The notes under the pieces: model-generated
Databases searched by the model: none
Told to the model about the DNA's origin: nothing
Seen by the model: only the letters and a program-made list of their open reading frames with translations
Translations under genes and position numbers: made by a program
NCBI GenBank assembly: GCA_038883775.1
Contig: JAVZLM010000002.1
Coordinates: 96,001-160,000, forward strand
DNA: 64,000 bases
DNA from: Candidatus Bathyarchaeia archaeon
GTDB taxonomy: Archaea > Thermoproteota > Bathyarchaeia > Bathyarchaeales > Bathycorpusculaceae
Direction: 5' to 3'
Shown: piece by piece, positions 27,707-38,202 of the stretch
Numbering within the stretch: position 1 is the first letter of the stretch
Layout of the letters: each line of letters opens with the position of its first letter

Positions 27707-30103
27707 TTGAGCGTTCAAAGAAGAAGACTTGTATTTCCCTTCTCTGCGATTGTGGGTTTGGACAAGCTTAAATTAGCAATTTTAGTGAATGCCATAAATC
27801 CAAAAATTGGCGGTCTCCTAATAAAGGGACCTAAGGGTTCTGGAAAGAGCACCATTGTCAGGGCTTTGGCTGATATTCTTCCAAAAATTTTAGTTGTTAA
27901 AGACTGCCCTTTCAACTGTAATCCACATGATCCATCTAACATGTGTCCAAGATGCAGTGAAAGATACAAGAGGGGAGAAACATTGCCTGTGGAAGAGAGG
28001 GAAATGGTTGTCGTTGACTTGCCATTAGGCGCTACAGAAGACAGGGTTATTGGAAGTTTGGATGTGGAGAAAGCCATAAAATACGGTATAGAAGCCCTAG
28101 AACCCGGAATTTTAGCCGAAGCGAACCAAAACATTTTGTATGTGGATGAGGTTAATTTGCTTCCAGACCACATAGCAGACGATTTATTGGATGCTGCAGC
28201 CACGGGATGGAATATCGTTGAAAGGGAGGGCATATCCGTAAGCCATCCATCCCGATTCATTTTCATTGGAACAATGAACCCTGAAGAGGGAGAATTGAGA
28301 CCGCAGCTTCTGGACCGTTTTCCACTTTCAGTTACTGTGGATAGAATAGCATCAGTTGAGGACAGAATGGAAATCGTCAAAAGAAACATGGAATTTGAGG
28401 CAGAACCAGAAAAATTTTATCAAAAATTTGAGCCTCTACAAAGGGAGCTACGAGAAAGAATAGCAAAGGCAAAAGAGGTACTAAAAGAAGTGGTTATTCC
28501 AGAAAATCTGTTGGAAGGCATCTGCAAAGCCTGCTTAGACCTAAAAGTTGACGGCTTACGCCCAGACATAGTAATCGCCAAAGCAGCCGCAGCCCTTGCA
28601 GCTTTCGAAAATAGAAAAGAAACAACATTAAACGATGTTTTGATTGCGGCGGAACTCGCCCTAAGCCACAGAACAAGAGAAGGAGGGTTTTTAGAACCAG
28701 CAACGCCCCAAGAAATAAGAGAGGTTTTCACAGCAACCGTGAAAAAAGTTTTCCATTTTGAAAGAACTGGAGAAACGGTTAAAAAGGAAGAGGAAAAAAG
28801 AAAGTTTTTGAAAGGGAAAACTATCTTCTGGGCTAAAAAAGAAGCCACGGAAAAAGAAGAGGAGGAGGCTAACAGAGAAAGTTTTTTTAAAAAATTGCAG
28901 AGAAAACGTGCAAGTTTTATTTTTTTCTTAAATAAATTTTTTGGAGGATTAATTTTTGCATCTGGAAAGAAATTGAAAAGAAGCCCTAAAGATACGCTTG
29001 ATACTGAGGGTTTCCAGAAAGGATCAGATAAATTGAAGGGCGAAGCCTACGAGGAAAAAATTGACAAAGGAAACGAGAATCTAAAGGGAATTCCAGCAGT
29101 CAACAATGTTGTTAAAACATGGGAAATTTCAAAAGGTTTTCCAATAATTAGTCATTTAGAGAGAAAAGTGGTTTCGCCTTCCAGTTTTTTTCTTAAAATG
29201 GGAAAAGTCAAAACTAGGAAGCGAGGCGTTTATGCTGGAAGACGCGCCCAAGCAATAACAACGCTTCATAAGGGCAAGCCTTATGGATGGAAATTTCCTC
29301 AAGGAAAACCCGCTGACATCCATTTTCCAGCCACCATTCGTGAGGCAGCAAGGAAACAGTGGAAACGTGAAAGACCTTTGGAGACTTCTTTGAGAATCTG
29401 TCTTCAAGACGTGCGTGAAAAACTTAGGTCTTATAAAGCGTCTTTAACTATGATTTTTGTTGTTGATTTGAGCGGATCTATGCTTTTAAATCTTGAAGCT
29501 GTAAAAGAGGCTTTACTGAAACTTCACGGCAACGCTTATAGGTTTCGAGATAAGGTTGGGATTGTAGCTCTAAAAGGCACAAGCGCCGTTGTTGTTCAAC
29601 ATCCAACAACAAATTTAAGGGTTGTAGCTAATAAACTGTTAAGCTTGCACATAAGCGGTTATACGCCATTAGCTGCTGGAATGTTTAAAGCTTGGGAAGT
29701 TTTAAAAGAAGCAAAAAGAAGGGATTCTTCCACAATACCTGTTATGGTCATAATAACTGATGGAAGCGCAAACGTACCATTAAAAAGAAGCATTGAAACC
29801 GGCGAATTCCGGAATATAGAGGAGGTTCGAATAATTGTCAGAGAATATGAAGACTTGGCTGTGAAGGATGTAATGGCTGTGGCGAAGATGATTAAACGGG
29901 AAGGGATACACACAATAGTCATAAACACAAACCCTCACCTTTTTGGGCGTGAAACTTATGGGTTTGTGGTAACAAGAGTCATCGCTTCCCTAACCAAGGG
30001 AAGCCACCATGTCATAGGCAAACTCACCACAAGAGAGGACATGGTTAAAAATATGATCGAAAACATAAAAGAGGATCAGATAAAAGTACTTTCTGAAAAA
30101 TGA
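27707..30103 (+). CDS. Mg/Co-chelatase ChlI/ChlD-type AAA+ ATPase fused to vWA domain
   Basis: [42 protein letters not shown]; MIDAS DLSGS, TPLA, ITDG; likely TTG start 27707. Confidence 0.9.
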   Translation: MSVQRRRLVFPFSAIVGLDKLKLAILVNAINPKIGGLLIKGPKGSGKSTIVRALADILPKILVVKDCPFNCNPHDPSNMCPRCSERYKRGETLPVEEREMVVVDLPLGATEDRVIGSLDVEKAIKYGIEALEPGILAEANQNILYVDEVNLLPDHIADDLLDAAATGWNIVEREGISVSHPSRFIFIGTMNPEEGELRPQLLDRFPLSVTVDRIASVEDRMEIVKRNMEFEAEPEKFYQKFEPLQRELRERIAKAKEVLKEVVIPENLLEGICKACLDLKVDGLRPDIVIAKAAAALAAFENRKETTLNDVLIAAELALSHRTREGGFLEPATPQEIREVFTATVKKVFHFERTGETVKKEEEKRKFLKGKTIFWAKKEATEKEEEEANRESFFKKLQRKRASFIFFLNKFFGGLIFASGKKLKRSPKDTLDTEGFQKGSDKLKGEAYEEKIDKGNENLKGIPAVNNVVKTWEISKGFPIISHLERKVVSPSSFFLKMGKVKTRKRGVYAGRRAQAITTLHKGKPYGWKFPQGKPADIHFPATIREAARKQWKRERPLETSLRICLQDVREKLRSYKASLTMIFVVDLSGSMLLNLEAVKEALLKLHGNAYRFRDKVGIVALKGTSAVVVQHPTTNLRVVANKLLSLHISGYTPLAAGMFKAWEVLKEAKRRDSSTIPVMVIITDGSANVPLKRSIETGEFRNIEEVRIIVREYEDLAVKDVMAVAKMIKREGIHTIVINTNPHLFGRETYGFVVTRVIASLTKGSHHVIGKLTTREDMVKNMIENIKEDQIKVLSEK

Positions 30104-30124
30104 CTCTAATTAATGTGAAATATC

Positions 30125-30604
30125 ATGTTTCAAGATGAAAGAAGCGGAAAATTTGCCTTAGTTGCCCATTGCCTGCTGAATCAAAATTCTCGAGCGGTAG
30201 GCTTAGCAAAAAGGTCAAGCGTGATAAATGAAATTGTTGAATTTCTAGTTCGCAAAGAGATTGGCATTATTCAGATGCCATGTCCAGAACTCGCCTACGC
30301 TGGCGTGTCAAGGCAACCCAAAACCAGAGAGCAGTATGAAAACGCCAAATTTAGGGGATGCTGCAGAAAATTGACAGGGGAAATTGCGGATCAAGTAAAA
30401 GAATATGCAGATTGCGGAATAAAATTGAAAATAGTTTTGGGCGTTGAGGGAAGCCCAAGTTGCAGCGTAAAAGAAATTTTAGGCATTTTCATGGAAGAAC
30501 TGCGCTCTAAATTAGATAAGCGGGGGATTTTGGCGCCTTTTTATGGCATAAGCTTTGAACGAGTAAAAAATGACATAATCGAGTTGGAAAAACTTGTTAA
30601 GTAA
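30125..30604 (+). CDS. DUF523/TudS-related putative Fe-S desulfidase
   Basis: HCLLNQN, QMPCPE, GSPSC. Confidence 0.75.
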   Translation: MFQDERSGKFALVAHCLLNQNSRAVGLAKRSSVINEIVEFLVRKEIGIIQMPCPELAYAGVSRQPKTREQYENAKFRGCCRKLTGEIADQVKEYADCGIKLKIVLGVEGSPSCSVKEILGIFMEELRSKLDKRGILAPFYGISFERVKNDIIELEKLVK

Positions 30605-30605
30605 T

Positions 30606-31592
30606 TTAAATCGGCGGCTTGATACTCTTTTTGGTCGTCATGCTTGCATTCATCCACTTCTCAAATTCTCTTGACGGCGGATTTTCAACATAAAGCCTCT
30701 TCCTAAAAGCCTCCAAGAAAGCATTTTCCTCTCTTAAAAATTCTGCCGCAGTTAAAACTTTACATCCAATCTTTTTAGCCTTTTCAAAAACGTTTTTGGC
30801 TTCTTCTCGCCAGTTTTCGTCTCTTAAAATGTGATGTTCCAAAATAACCACTTGCGCAGTTTCTACAATTTTTTCCAAATTTTTCATTCCAGTTTGGATT
30901 TGCCTCTCATCAACTTTGAATCTTGTCAAATATAATGGTGGTCCGCCAATCATTAGCATTTGAGGTTTTTCTTTGACGATTATTTCTAACGTCTGCTTTG
31001 CCATGGGTCCTTGAACATCTGGGGCGAACATGAACTTTTCACTCTCATATTCTATGGTTGTCATTAAAATCCATCCTAAAGCTGAATCGTCTGGACCGTG
31101 AAAAACGGGTTCTGAAAACTTGACTTTTGTGGCTTTTCCGAAAAGAAAGGTTTTTCCATCGGCAATTTCAAGCTTTTCTGCATATTTTCCGCCTGTTTTC
31201 TGGAAAATCCATCCCCTGCGCCTTTGGCTGAAGTTGATCTTCTCTTTAGGATTCTTTATTAGAACAGTTTTTCCTTCGTAGATTTGTTTGGCTGTTTCAT
31301 CTTTGGCTGTCCAGTTACAAAGCCAATCCTCATAGGAAGGTGTGTGATGGTCAAAATGGTAGTGGCTTAAGGTTACAATTTCAGCCTTTTCAGCGGCTTC
31401 CGCAATCTTTTCTCGAGCTTTTATTATGGCTTTAAACTCTATTGGGTGGGGTGGCAAACCAAAACGGTTTGGACAAAGGGAAACCCCAGCATCCAAAAGA
31501 ATGCGGATGTCTGGAGTTTCAACAAAAGTACACATAGACCTAACGCCGAAGCTTTCAGCTGCCAATGGCACGACACGAATACGCTTTAACAT
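30606..31592 (-). CDS. UPF0282 metallo-beta-lactamase-fold hydrolase
   Basis: AESFGVRSM, SHYHFDH, DVQGP, EHHILRD. Confidence 0.85.
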   Translation of the reverse strand: MLKRIRVVPLAAESFGVRSMCTFVETPDIRILLDAGVSLCPNRFGLPPHPIEFKAIIKAREKIAEAAEKAEIVTLSHYHFDHHTPSYEDWLCNWTAKDETAKQIYEGKTVLIKNPKEKINFSQRRRGWIFQKTGGKYAEKLEIADGKTFLFGKATKVKFSEPVFHGPDDSALGWILMTTIEYESEKFMFAPDVQGPMAKQTLEIIVKEKPQMLMIGGPPLYLTRFKVDERQIQTGMKNLEKIVETAQVVILEHHILRDENWREEAKNVFEKAKKIGCKVLTAAEFLREENAFLEAFRKRLYVENPPSREFEKWMNASMTTKKSIKPPI

Positions 31593-31636
31593 GATTATTC
31601 AACACATGCGTAATAACTATAACTTTTTATCCCTGC

Positions 31637-31993
31637 ATGGCAATAAAGTTTCATGGCAAGAGGCACCAGCTCATGTGGTGGATACTTTCAGGATTCGTTG
31701 CTGGACTAATAACGTCAAGTCTTATGATAGCCTACTGGTTCTACCGTTTAAAATCAGCCATAGCCGAAAAAGGTTGGACGTATATCTCTCGCTTTTGGAT
31801 ACTTGTGTGGATTGCCTTATTTTTTGGTTCGGCAAGGGGATTGCTGAAAATGTCAACAGTTATACAAGAGGGAAGCACTATTGATAATATGTTGTTTTAC
31901 ACCACGCCAACGCTATACTTTATTGCCCTAGCTGCATTGATTACTGGAATAATACTTGATGCCGTGAACAAGGCACATCAATTTTCAAGATAA
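31637..31993 (+). CDS. Small three-TM membrane protein
   Basis: Three hydrophobic segments. Confidence 0.55.
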   Translation: MAIKFHGKRHQLMWWILSGFVAGLITSSLMIAYWFYRLKSAIAEKGWTYISRFWILVWIALFFGSARGLLKMSTVIQEGSTIDNMLFYTTPTLYFIALAALITGIILDAVNKAHQFSR

Positions 31994-32041
31994 CTATCCA
32001 ACAAAGCTATATCCTTTTATTTATGAGTGCATAAAGCTTTT

Positions 32042-32113
32042 TTGGCGGGCGATGACGACTCTGGCCCCGCTGAATCAAAATGATTGGGATCTTGAGTGCG
32101 GAGAGCCTGCCAA
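32042..32113 (+). ncRNA. Box C/D guide sRNA (predicted tRNA-Leu(CAA) Cm34 guide)
   Basis: Terminal stem TTGGCGGGC/GCCTGCCAA; C box ATGACGA 32052-58; D' CTGA 32070-73; C' ATGATTG; D CGGA 32099-32102; D guide complementary to ACUCAAGAUCCC. Confidence 0.85.
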
Positions 32114-32118
32114 TTTCG

Positions 32119-32697
32119 CTATTCTTCTGGCGGTTTTTCCCATAGCTCAAGCATTTTTCTTTTTAGTTCCCTTCTTTTTCTGTGGAGGAAGCGGTAGACG
32201 GTGCTGTGTTGGCTTCCGTTTATGAGCATTTGAATAGCTTCTCTTGCCGCTTGCGCTTGTTCGATATTACCAATTATGCTTACTGTGTGTCCGTAAACGC
32301 ATATGTTTGCGTCTGTCAACTCTTCTATTATTTTGCGGGTTTTTCCGTCCATTCCGATTATTCGTCCTTTTATGCGTTTTATGTCTGATTCTGACCTTCC
32401 AAAAATTGTCCGCAAATCAATAACATCTAATATGGCTTCTTCGTCACGGATTAGGCGGAAGGCATGTTCTGGAGAGAAGCCCCTTCCAATGGCGGTTACA
32501 ACGTCTTTTGCCTTAAAAAGCAGTGAGGGGTCGTTAGCATTTTCAGCCAGCATAAGTGTAACGTCGCCTGTTTCGCTTTCTATTTTTAGCTCAACGGAGA
32601 ACTTCTCCTCTATAGTCTTCTTGGTTTTTCCTTCCGGTCCTATTAGGGCGCCTACTCGCTCTCTTGGGATTTTAAGGAAGGCGCTTGGTCTTGCCAC
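32119..32697 (-). CDS. KH-domain rRNA processing protein Pno1/Dim2 (Krr1 family)
   Basis: GALIGPEGKTK, AIGRGFSPE, KGRIIGMDGKTR; likely GTG start at 32697. Confidence 0.92.
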   Translation of the reverse strand: MARPSAFLKIPRERVGALIGPEGKTKKTIEEKFSVELKIESETGDVTLMLAENANDPSLLFKAKDVVTAIGRGFSPEHAFRLIRDEEAILDVIDLRTIFGRSESDIKRIKGRIIGMDGKTRKIIEELTDANICVYGHTVSIIGNIEQAQAAREAIQMLINGSQHSTVYRFLHRKRRELKRKMLELWEKPPEE

Positions 32698-33481
32698 TTT
32701 CCCTAATCCTCCTATAACATTCCTCTGTGGAAAGGACATTAACGCCTAACCTGCTAAAATATCTGTTTAGGTTTGTTAAGTCTCTATGCAATAGAAAGTC
32801 TGCCATGGGGTGCGAAAGCGGAACAGCTTGCGACATGTCAAATATTACTGGCTTGTTTTTCCAAATCATAATGTTGTATTCGCTTAAATCACCATGGACA
32901 AGTTCAGCCTTATTATAAAGCCTCTTCAAATACGTTAAGAGCGTTTTGTAGGTTTTTTCTGGGTTTTTTGGCGGTTGCTCCTTCATGGATAGGGCGCTTA
33001 CGCCATTTTTTCCAATAAACTCCATTATTAGGACATTGTTTTTTACGGCTATGGGTTTTGGAACTCGAACTCCAGCCAATGTTGCCAATTCGAGGTTTTT
33101 GAATTCCTTTTGAGCCCATGCAAAAATTAGTGAGCGTGTATCATGTCTAACTCCTTTAAATCTGGGGTCGCCTTCTATATATTTGAGCATGCCTTTGCGG
33201 AATTCCGCTGAGACTGTTAAGTAAATTTTTATGGCTAACTCTCTTCCTTCTTTATCCTTTCCCCAGTAAACCCTTGACTCTTTTCCGGCTTTGACAACGC
33301 CGTGGATTTCGTCTATTGTTCCCTTGTTTAGGAAATCGTATATGACCATTAGGGTTGAGCGGTCAAAAACCTCTTCCAAAACCTCGTATTCTTCGCTTCT
33401 CTTTTCCTTCATTAACTGTTCTGTTTCATACTCTTTCTCTTTCCTATGAAGCCTTTTCTCGATAACTCTCCTATGGGACAC
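32672..33481 (-). CDS. rio1: RIO1 family Ser/Thr kinase
   Basis: GKESRVY, LAIKIY, WAQKEFKNL, LVHGDLSEYNI, FDMSQ. Confidence 0.95.
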   Translation of the reverse strand: MSHRRVIEKRLHRKEKEYETEQLMKEKRSEEYEVLEEVFDRSTLMVIYDFLNKGTIDEIHGVVKAGKESRVYWGKDKEGRELAIKIYLTVSAEFRKGMLKYIEGDPRFKGVRHDTRSLIFAWAQKEFKNLELATLAGVRVPKPIAVKNNVLIMEFIGKNGVSALSMKEQPPKNPEKTYKTLLTYLKRLYNKAELVHGDLSEYNIMIWKNKPVIFDMSQAVPLSHPMADFLLHRDLTNLNRYFSRLGVNVLSTEECYRRIRESGKTKRLP

Positions 33482-33504
33482 CAGTTTTCACCATTATATC
33501 AAAA

Positions 33505-33810
33505 CTAGATTGTTAAATAGCCTTTCTTGCGGAGCAATTCCGCCTGGGCTTTCGTGTAACGCCAAATCAAATCGCCCCGTTTATCAGACTGGAAATCCCA
33601 AGGAGAAACTAGGACTACGTCGCCTTCTCTTATCCAAACCCTCCGCTTCATCTTACCCCTAATACGACATAAACGCTCATTCCCATCTTGGCACTTAACC
33701 AAAACACGGTCAAAACCCAAGAGCTTAACGGCAACGCCCAAAACATCGTTTGCCGTAGGATAAACCATCTCGCTTAATTCTTCTTCGCTTAGGACTTTCT
33801 TCTTACCCAA
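33505..33810 (-). CDS. eif1a: Translation initiation factor aIF-1A
   Basis: RLCRIRGKMKRRVWIREGDVVLVSPWDFQ. Confidence 0.95.
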   Translation of the reverse strand: MGKKKVLSEEELSEMVYPTANDVLGVAVKLLGFDRVLVKCQDGNERLCRIRGKMKRRVWIREGDVVLVSPWDFQSDKRGDLIWRYTKAQAELLRKKGYLTI

Positions 33811-33992
33811 TTAAGCACCTCAAACATTTAAGGGTTTCATCTCTTTAAAGGTATATTTACTCCCTTAAAAGCATGATTACTCCAAAAAGGCTTTTACACA
33901 AACGTTTGCCTTTTTAACTATTTTAGTACAAGTCACCGTAAATGTTAAAAGTGGTTTAAAAAATATTTTTAAATAATTTAGGTTGTGAATGT

Positions 33993-35417
33993 TTGAAAAA
34001 GCTTGTATTAATTGGGCTTCTGTTGTGTGCCTTGATTTTTGCATTCAAACCTAAAGTGGTTAAAGCTAATCCCTCCGACATTTGGGTTCCATACAACTAT
34101 CCAACGATACAAGCGGCCATCAACGCGGCAGACCCTGGAGACGTAATCCATGTTGCAAGTGGAACCTATGGGCCTATCGTGGTGAACAAGACGGTATCCA
34201 TAATAGCAGAAGGCGAAGCAATTATTGATGGGAATTATGCTGCTAACCCAGTTGTTAATATAATAGCAAATAACGTAGTTATCAAAAACTTCAAAATACA
34301 GAGGCCAAGTCTTTATGGCACTTCAATTCGCATAAACAACGCATCTTTTTGTTATGTAGAAAATAACTATATTATTGGCAATATGTATGGCGTGTTTCTC
34401 TGGCAAACGTCCAACATTCGCATAGCATACAACACTATAATAAACGTGACCGGGGGTAATGACTGGTTCCCTGCTGCGGGCATTCTATTGGGGAATTCGT
34501 CTAATAATTATGTAGTTGCAAATAACATATACAACTCTTGGCGTTGCATTTCGCTTGAATACTCTGATTTCAATTTGGTTTCAGACAATAATGTGACACC
34601 ATCTCCCTACACCCCATATCGCACTTATTACGGCATCGTAATTTATTTATCTTCAAACAACACTGTCCGCAACAATTGGGTAACCAATTGTTCTGGAAAT
34701 GCATGGGCTATTTACTTATCCAGTGCTTCGTATAACCTTATATACCACAACAATTTCATCAACAACGCACGTCAAGCAGAGATTAGCGGAACAGATTCCA
34801 ACAAATGGTATGCTGATTGGCCAACAGGCGGCAACTTTTGGAGCAACCATGTTTCTCCAGACAATTTTAGCGGCGCGTATCAAAACGAGCAGGGAAGCGA
34901 CGGAATCTGCGACAACTACTATATAATTGATGAATATTTGCATGTTATCGATGCATATCCGCTTATGGGTCCTTGCAACCGTTTTGAAGTGTCATTTGGC
35001 CCCATACCCGCAATACAAGAGGTTTCGGTCATAAGTAACTCTTCCATATCCGCCTTTCAAATGAACACAACGCAAAAGACACTAAGTTTCAATGTGAGCG
35101 GAAACACAGGAATAGGGTTCTGCCGAGTGGACATTCCAAACGTTATAGTCAGCGGTTTATGGCAAAACAACTATAGAGTTTTAATAAACAATCAAGCGCC
35201 CCTCTACGTGAGAAACTGGACATCAGGCGCCACAACCTACATCTACTTCCAATATCAACACTCAACAAAAGAGGTAATAATAATTCCAGAGTCCCAATTC
35301 GCCCTAATCCCACTATCACTTACGCTTTCCACAATAATCTTGGCTTTCATAAAGAAAATAGTTCAAAGAAAACCTAAAATCACCCCTTTTTCTTTTTTGG
35401 ACTCTTATAACAACTAG
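33993..35417 (+). CDS. Secreted NosD/CASH parallel beta-helix surface protein with C-terminal anchor
   Basis: Signal peptide, VPYNYPTIQAAINAA, Asn-rich beta-helix repeats, GGNFWS, IIPE + TM tail. Confidence 0.85.
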   Translation: MKKLVLIGLLLCALIFAFKPKVVKANPSDIWVPYNYPTIQAAINAADPGDVIHVASGTYGPIVVNKTVSIIAEGEAIIDGNYAANPVVNIIANNVVIKNFKIQRPSLYGTSIRINNASFCYVENNYIIGNMYGVFLWQTSNIRIAYNTIINVTGGNDWFPAAGILLGNSSNNYVVANNIYNSWRCISLEYSDFNLVSDNNVTPSPYTPYRTYYGIVIYLSSNNTVRNNWVTNCSGNAWAIYLSSASYNLIYHNNFINNARQAEISGTDSNKWYADWPTGGNFWSNHVSPDNFSGAYQNEQGSDGICDNYYIIDEYLHVIDAYPLMGPCNRFEVSFGPIPAIQEVSVISNSSISAFQMNTTQKTLSFNVSGNTGIGFCRVDIPNVIVSGLWQNNYRVLINNQAPLYVRNWTSGATTYIYFQYQHSTKEVIIIPESQFALIPLSLTLSTIILAFIKKIVQRKPKITPFSFLDSYNN

Positions 35418-35710
35418 AGTTTTACTATTTGGGCATGTGGAACCCCTTCAATGTTTAGGACGGCTTCTGGATGCACATACCCCTTTTCTATGGCTTTATG
35501 AACTATGTTTTTGCCAATCATGTTTACTATTGTGCAGTTGGCTATCATTTCAACAGCCTCCTCAGCGCTAACCTTTGCACCTTTATAAAATTCTTCGTTA
35601 ACCGTGAATATGATTTTTCCTTCGCGCAATGTTTTTCCAAGGATTTCAGCGTCGCATATTGCCAAAAGCACGTTATTCCCAATTTTTCTAAGGTTCATGT
35701 AAACTTCCAA
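35414..35710 (-). CDS. DUF424 family protein
   Basis: LLAICDAEILGK, FYKG, NMIG, GVPHAQ; conserved neighbour of aIF-2beta. Confidence 0.88.
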   Translation of the reverse strand: MEVYMNLRKIGNNVLLAICDAEILGKTLREGKIIFTVNEEFYKGAKVSAEEAVEMIANCTIVNMIGKNIVHKAIEKGYVHPEAVLNIEGVPHAQIVKL

Positions 35711-35725
35711 TTTCAGCCTCTCATC

Positions 35726-36136
35726 TTAAAGTGGTTGCACGGGAGACTTTGCCCCACAAGCTGCGCACAATAGAAAGTAGAGGCGTTTCTCCTTAACAAT
35801 TTTTGTGTCTGGGCGCTTGCAGACTGGACATACGATGAAGCTTTCCATATAACGCTGCAGAAGCCTATCAAAAGTTTCTTGGGAAAATTTTCCCTTAAAA
35901 ATGGCTCTCTGTTCCTGCAAAGTGGCAGCTGTAGCCAACTCCCGAGTCAAAAACTTCAGCAAATGTTGCGGTTCACGGCCTAAAGCGTCTGCTACATCCT
36001 TGAAATTATGAAATATTGTGCGCATTCCAATAACAGAAACATTCGGCCGTGGAATCTCCAGTCTTTCCTTTTTAGAATAGACTTCGGGAATTTGAGCCCG
36101 CGCCTTCTTCAAAAGCGCTTCATAGTTGTAAGCCAT
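35726..36136 (-). CDS. eif2b: Translation initiation factor aIF-2 beta
   Basis: YEALLKKA, HLLKFLTRELAT, CPVCKRPDT...CAACGA. Confidence 0.95.
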   Translation of the reverse strand: MAYNYEALLKKARAQIPEVYSKKERLEIPRPNVSVIGMRTIFHNFKDVADALGREPQHLLKFLTRELATAATLQEQRAIFKGKFSQETFDRLLQRYMESFIVCPVCKRPDTKIVKEKRLYFLLCAACGAKSPVQPL

Positions 36137-36214
36137 AGATTTCTCCAAAGGATAAATGAAGCACAATCATATTTAAGACTTATAACAAATATACACAAAT
36201 GGATGGAAACGCGA

Positions 36215-36727
36215 ATGGGCTACATTTACCTATACACTGGAACAGGAGCAGGAAAAACCACAAACGCCTTAGGCTTAGCCCTACGCTCAGTCGGCCACAA
36301 AAGGAAAGTTGTCATAATCCAGTTCTTAAAATGGTGGAGGAAAACAGGCGAATACAAGATTCGCAAGATGCTTTCGCCATACTATGAAATTTACCAGTTT
36401 GGACGCAAAGGATGGCATGGATTAGGCAATTTGGGCGAAGAAGACAAAAAACTAGCCCAAAAAGCCCTAAGGTTTGCGGAAAAAATTGTCAGAGAGAAGA
36501 AGCCGCATTTGCTTGTTTTGGATGAAATTAACTTAGCCTTATACTGCAAACTTTTAGAAGTTAAGGACGTTTTAGAATTCTTGGATAAAATTCCCAAAAA
36601 GACCGATGTGATTTTAACTGGAAGGTTCGCCCCAAAAGAACTTTTGGATAGGGCAGATTTTGTAAACGAAATTGTTGATGTTAAACATCCAGAGGAAATG
36701 GTTACAACAAAAGGAGTACAATATTAA
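36215..36727 (+). CDS. cobO: Cob(I)alamin adenosyltransferase (BtuR/CobO type)
   Basis: YTGTGAGKTTNALGLALR, IQFLK, LDEI, LTGR. Confidence 0.88.
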   Translation: MGYIYLYTGTGAGKTTNALGLALRSVGHKRKVVIIQFLKWWRKTGEYKIRKMLSPYYEIYQFGRKGWHGLGNLGEEDKKLAQKALRFAEKIVREKKPHLLVLDEINLALYCKLLEVKDVLEFLDKIPKKTDVILTGRFAPKELLDRADFVNEIVDVKHPEEMVTTKGVQY

Positions 36728-36788
36728 TCATTCTTTTACTGCTGAAAAGCTTAAAGAATCCAAGCAATTTAGTGTTTAACTCTAAGCG

Positions 36789-38198
36789 GTGAATCCTTTG
36801 GGGAAGCATAACCATCCTTACATTCCAAATTCTCAGCAGAAAATAAAACAAGAGATGATGCGGGAAATTGGCATTAAAAGCATAGATGAGCTTTATGCGG
36901 ATATTCCAGAAAAATACAGGTTAAAAAAGCCCCTAAATATTCCACAATTCGCGGCATCCGAGTTTGAGATTAAAAGACATGTGGAAGCTTTACTTTCAAA
37001 AAACAAAACATGCAATGATATGCCCATTTTTTTAGGGGCTGGATGCTGGCCTCATTACGTTCCTGCAGTCGTAAGAGAAATTGTTCAAAGAAGCGAGTTC
37101 CTAACCGCTTACACGCCATACCAGCCGGAAATTTCGCAGGGAATGCTTCAAGCCCTTTTTGAATATCAGAGTATGATTTGTGAATTGACGGGCATGGATG
37201 TTGCCAACTGTTCCATGTATGATTGGGCTTCAGCGTTAGGCGAAGCTGCACGGATGGCAGCCCGCGTAACTGGAAGAACGGAAATATTGATTCCGCGAAT
37301 TATTCATCCAGAAAGGGTTTTAACGCTTAAGACTTATGCTGAACCTGCTGGGATAAAGGTTGAAAATTTAGCTTATGAAAGGGAGAGTGGGCAAATAAGC
37401 CTTGAAGACTTACGGAGTAAAATTTCTGAAAAAACAGCAGCCGTCTACATTGAAAACCCTTCTTATCTGGGCTTTGTTGAAGAGCAAGTCGAAGAAATCG
37501 GCGAGGAGGCGCATTCCCATGGCGCTTTGTTAATAGTTGGCGTTGAACCAATTTCGCTTGGAATTTTGAAGCCGCCGGGCGATTATGGCGCAGACATAGT
37601 CGTTGGAGAAGCTCAGCCATTGGGAAATCCCATGAATTTTGGCGGTCCCCTTCTTGGAGTATTCGCTTGTCGTGATGATATGAGTTTGGTTAGGCAAATG
37701 CCTGGGCGCATAATTGGATTAACAACAACAGTAGACAATGATAGGTATGGCTTCTGCATGGCCTTACAAACCAGAGAACAACACATTAGGCGGGAAAAAG
37801 CCACATCCAACATTTGCTCCAATGAAGCCTTATGCGCTGTTGCCTCTGCAGTTTACATGGCTTTGCTTGGGCCTCAAGGCTTAAGGGAACTTGGCGAAAC
37901 AATTGTTTGTAAGGCTAATTATGCCATGCGCCAACTTTCAAAAATAGACGGCGTTAAAGCGCCAGTTTTCAAATCCGCCCACTTCAAAGAGTTTACAGTG
38001 AATTTTGATGGGGCTGGTTTAAACGTTAAAGAGGTTCATGATGCCCTTTTGCTGCGCCAAATTCATGGAGGAAAAGACGTTTCTAAAGAGTTTCCAGAGT
38101 TGGGCGAAACAGCCCTTTATTGCGTGACTGAACTCCACTCAAAAGAGGAAATTGACCGTTTAGTGGAGGCTTTAAGCGAAATTTTGGCCGGAAGGTGA
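36789..38198 (+). CDS. gcvPA: Glycine dehydrogenase (decarboxylating) subunit 1
   Basis: FLGAG, TAYTPYQPEISQG, LQTREQHIRREKATSNICSN. Confidence 0.95.
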   Translation: MNPLGKHNHPYIPNSQQKIKQEMMREIGIKSIDELYADIPEKYRLKKPLNIPQFAASEFEIKRHVEALLSKNKTCNDMPIFLGAGCWPHYVPAVVREIVQRSEFLTAYTPYQPEISQGMLQALFEYQSMICELTGMDVANCSMYDWASALGEAARMAARVTGRTEILIPRIIHPERVLTLKTYAEPAGIKVENLAYERESGQISLEDLRSKISEKTAAVYIENPSYLGFVEEQVEEIGEEAHSHGALLIVGVEPISLGILKPPGDYGADIVVGEAQPLGNPMNFGGPLLGVFACRDDMSLVRQMPGRIIGLTTTVDNDRYGFCMALQTREQHIRREKATSNICSNEALCAVASAVYMALLGPQGLRELGETIVCKANYAMRQLSKIDGVKAPVFKSAHFKEFTVNFDGAGLNVKEVHDALLLRQIHGGKDVSKEFPELGETALYCVTELHSKEEIDRLVEALSEILAGR

Positions 38199-38202
38199 AA
38201 GC

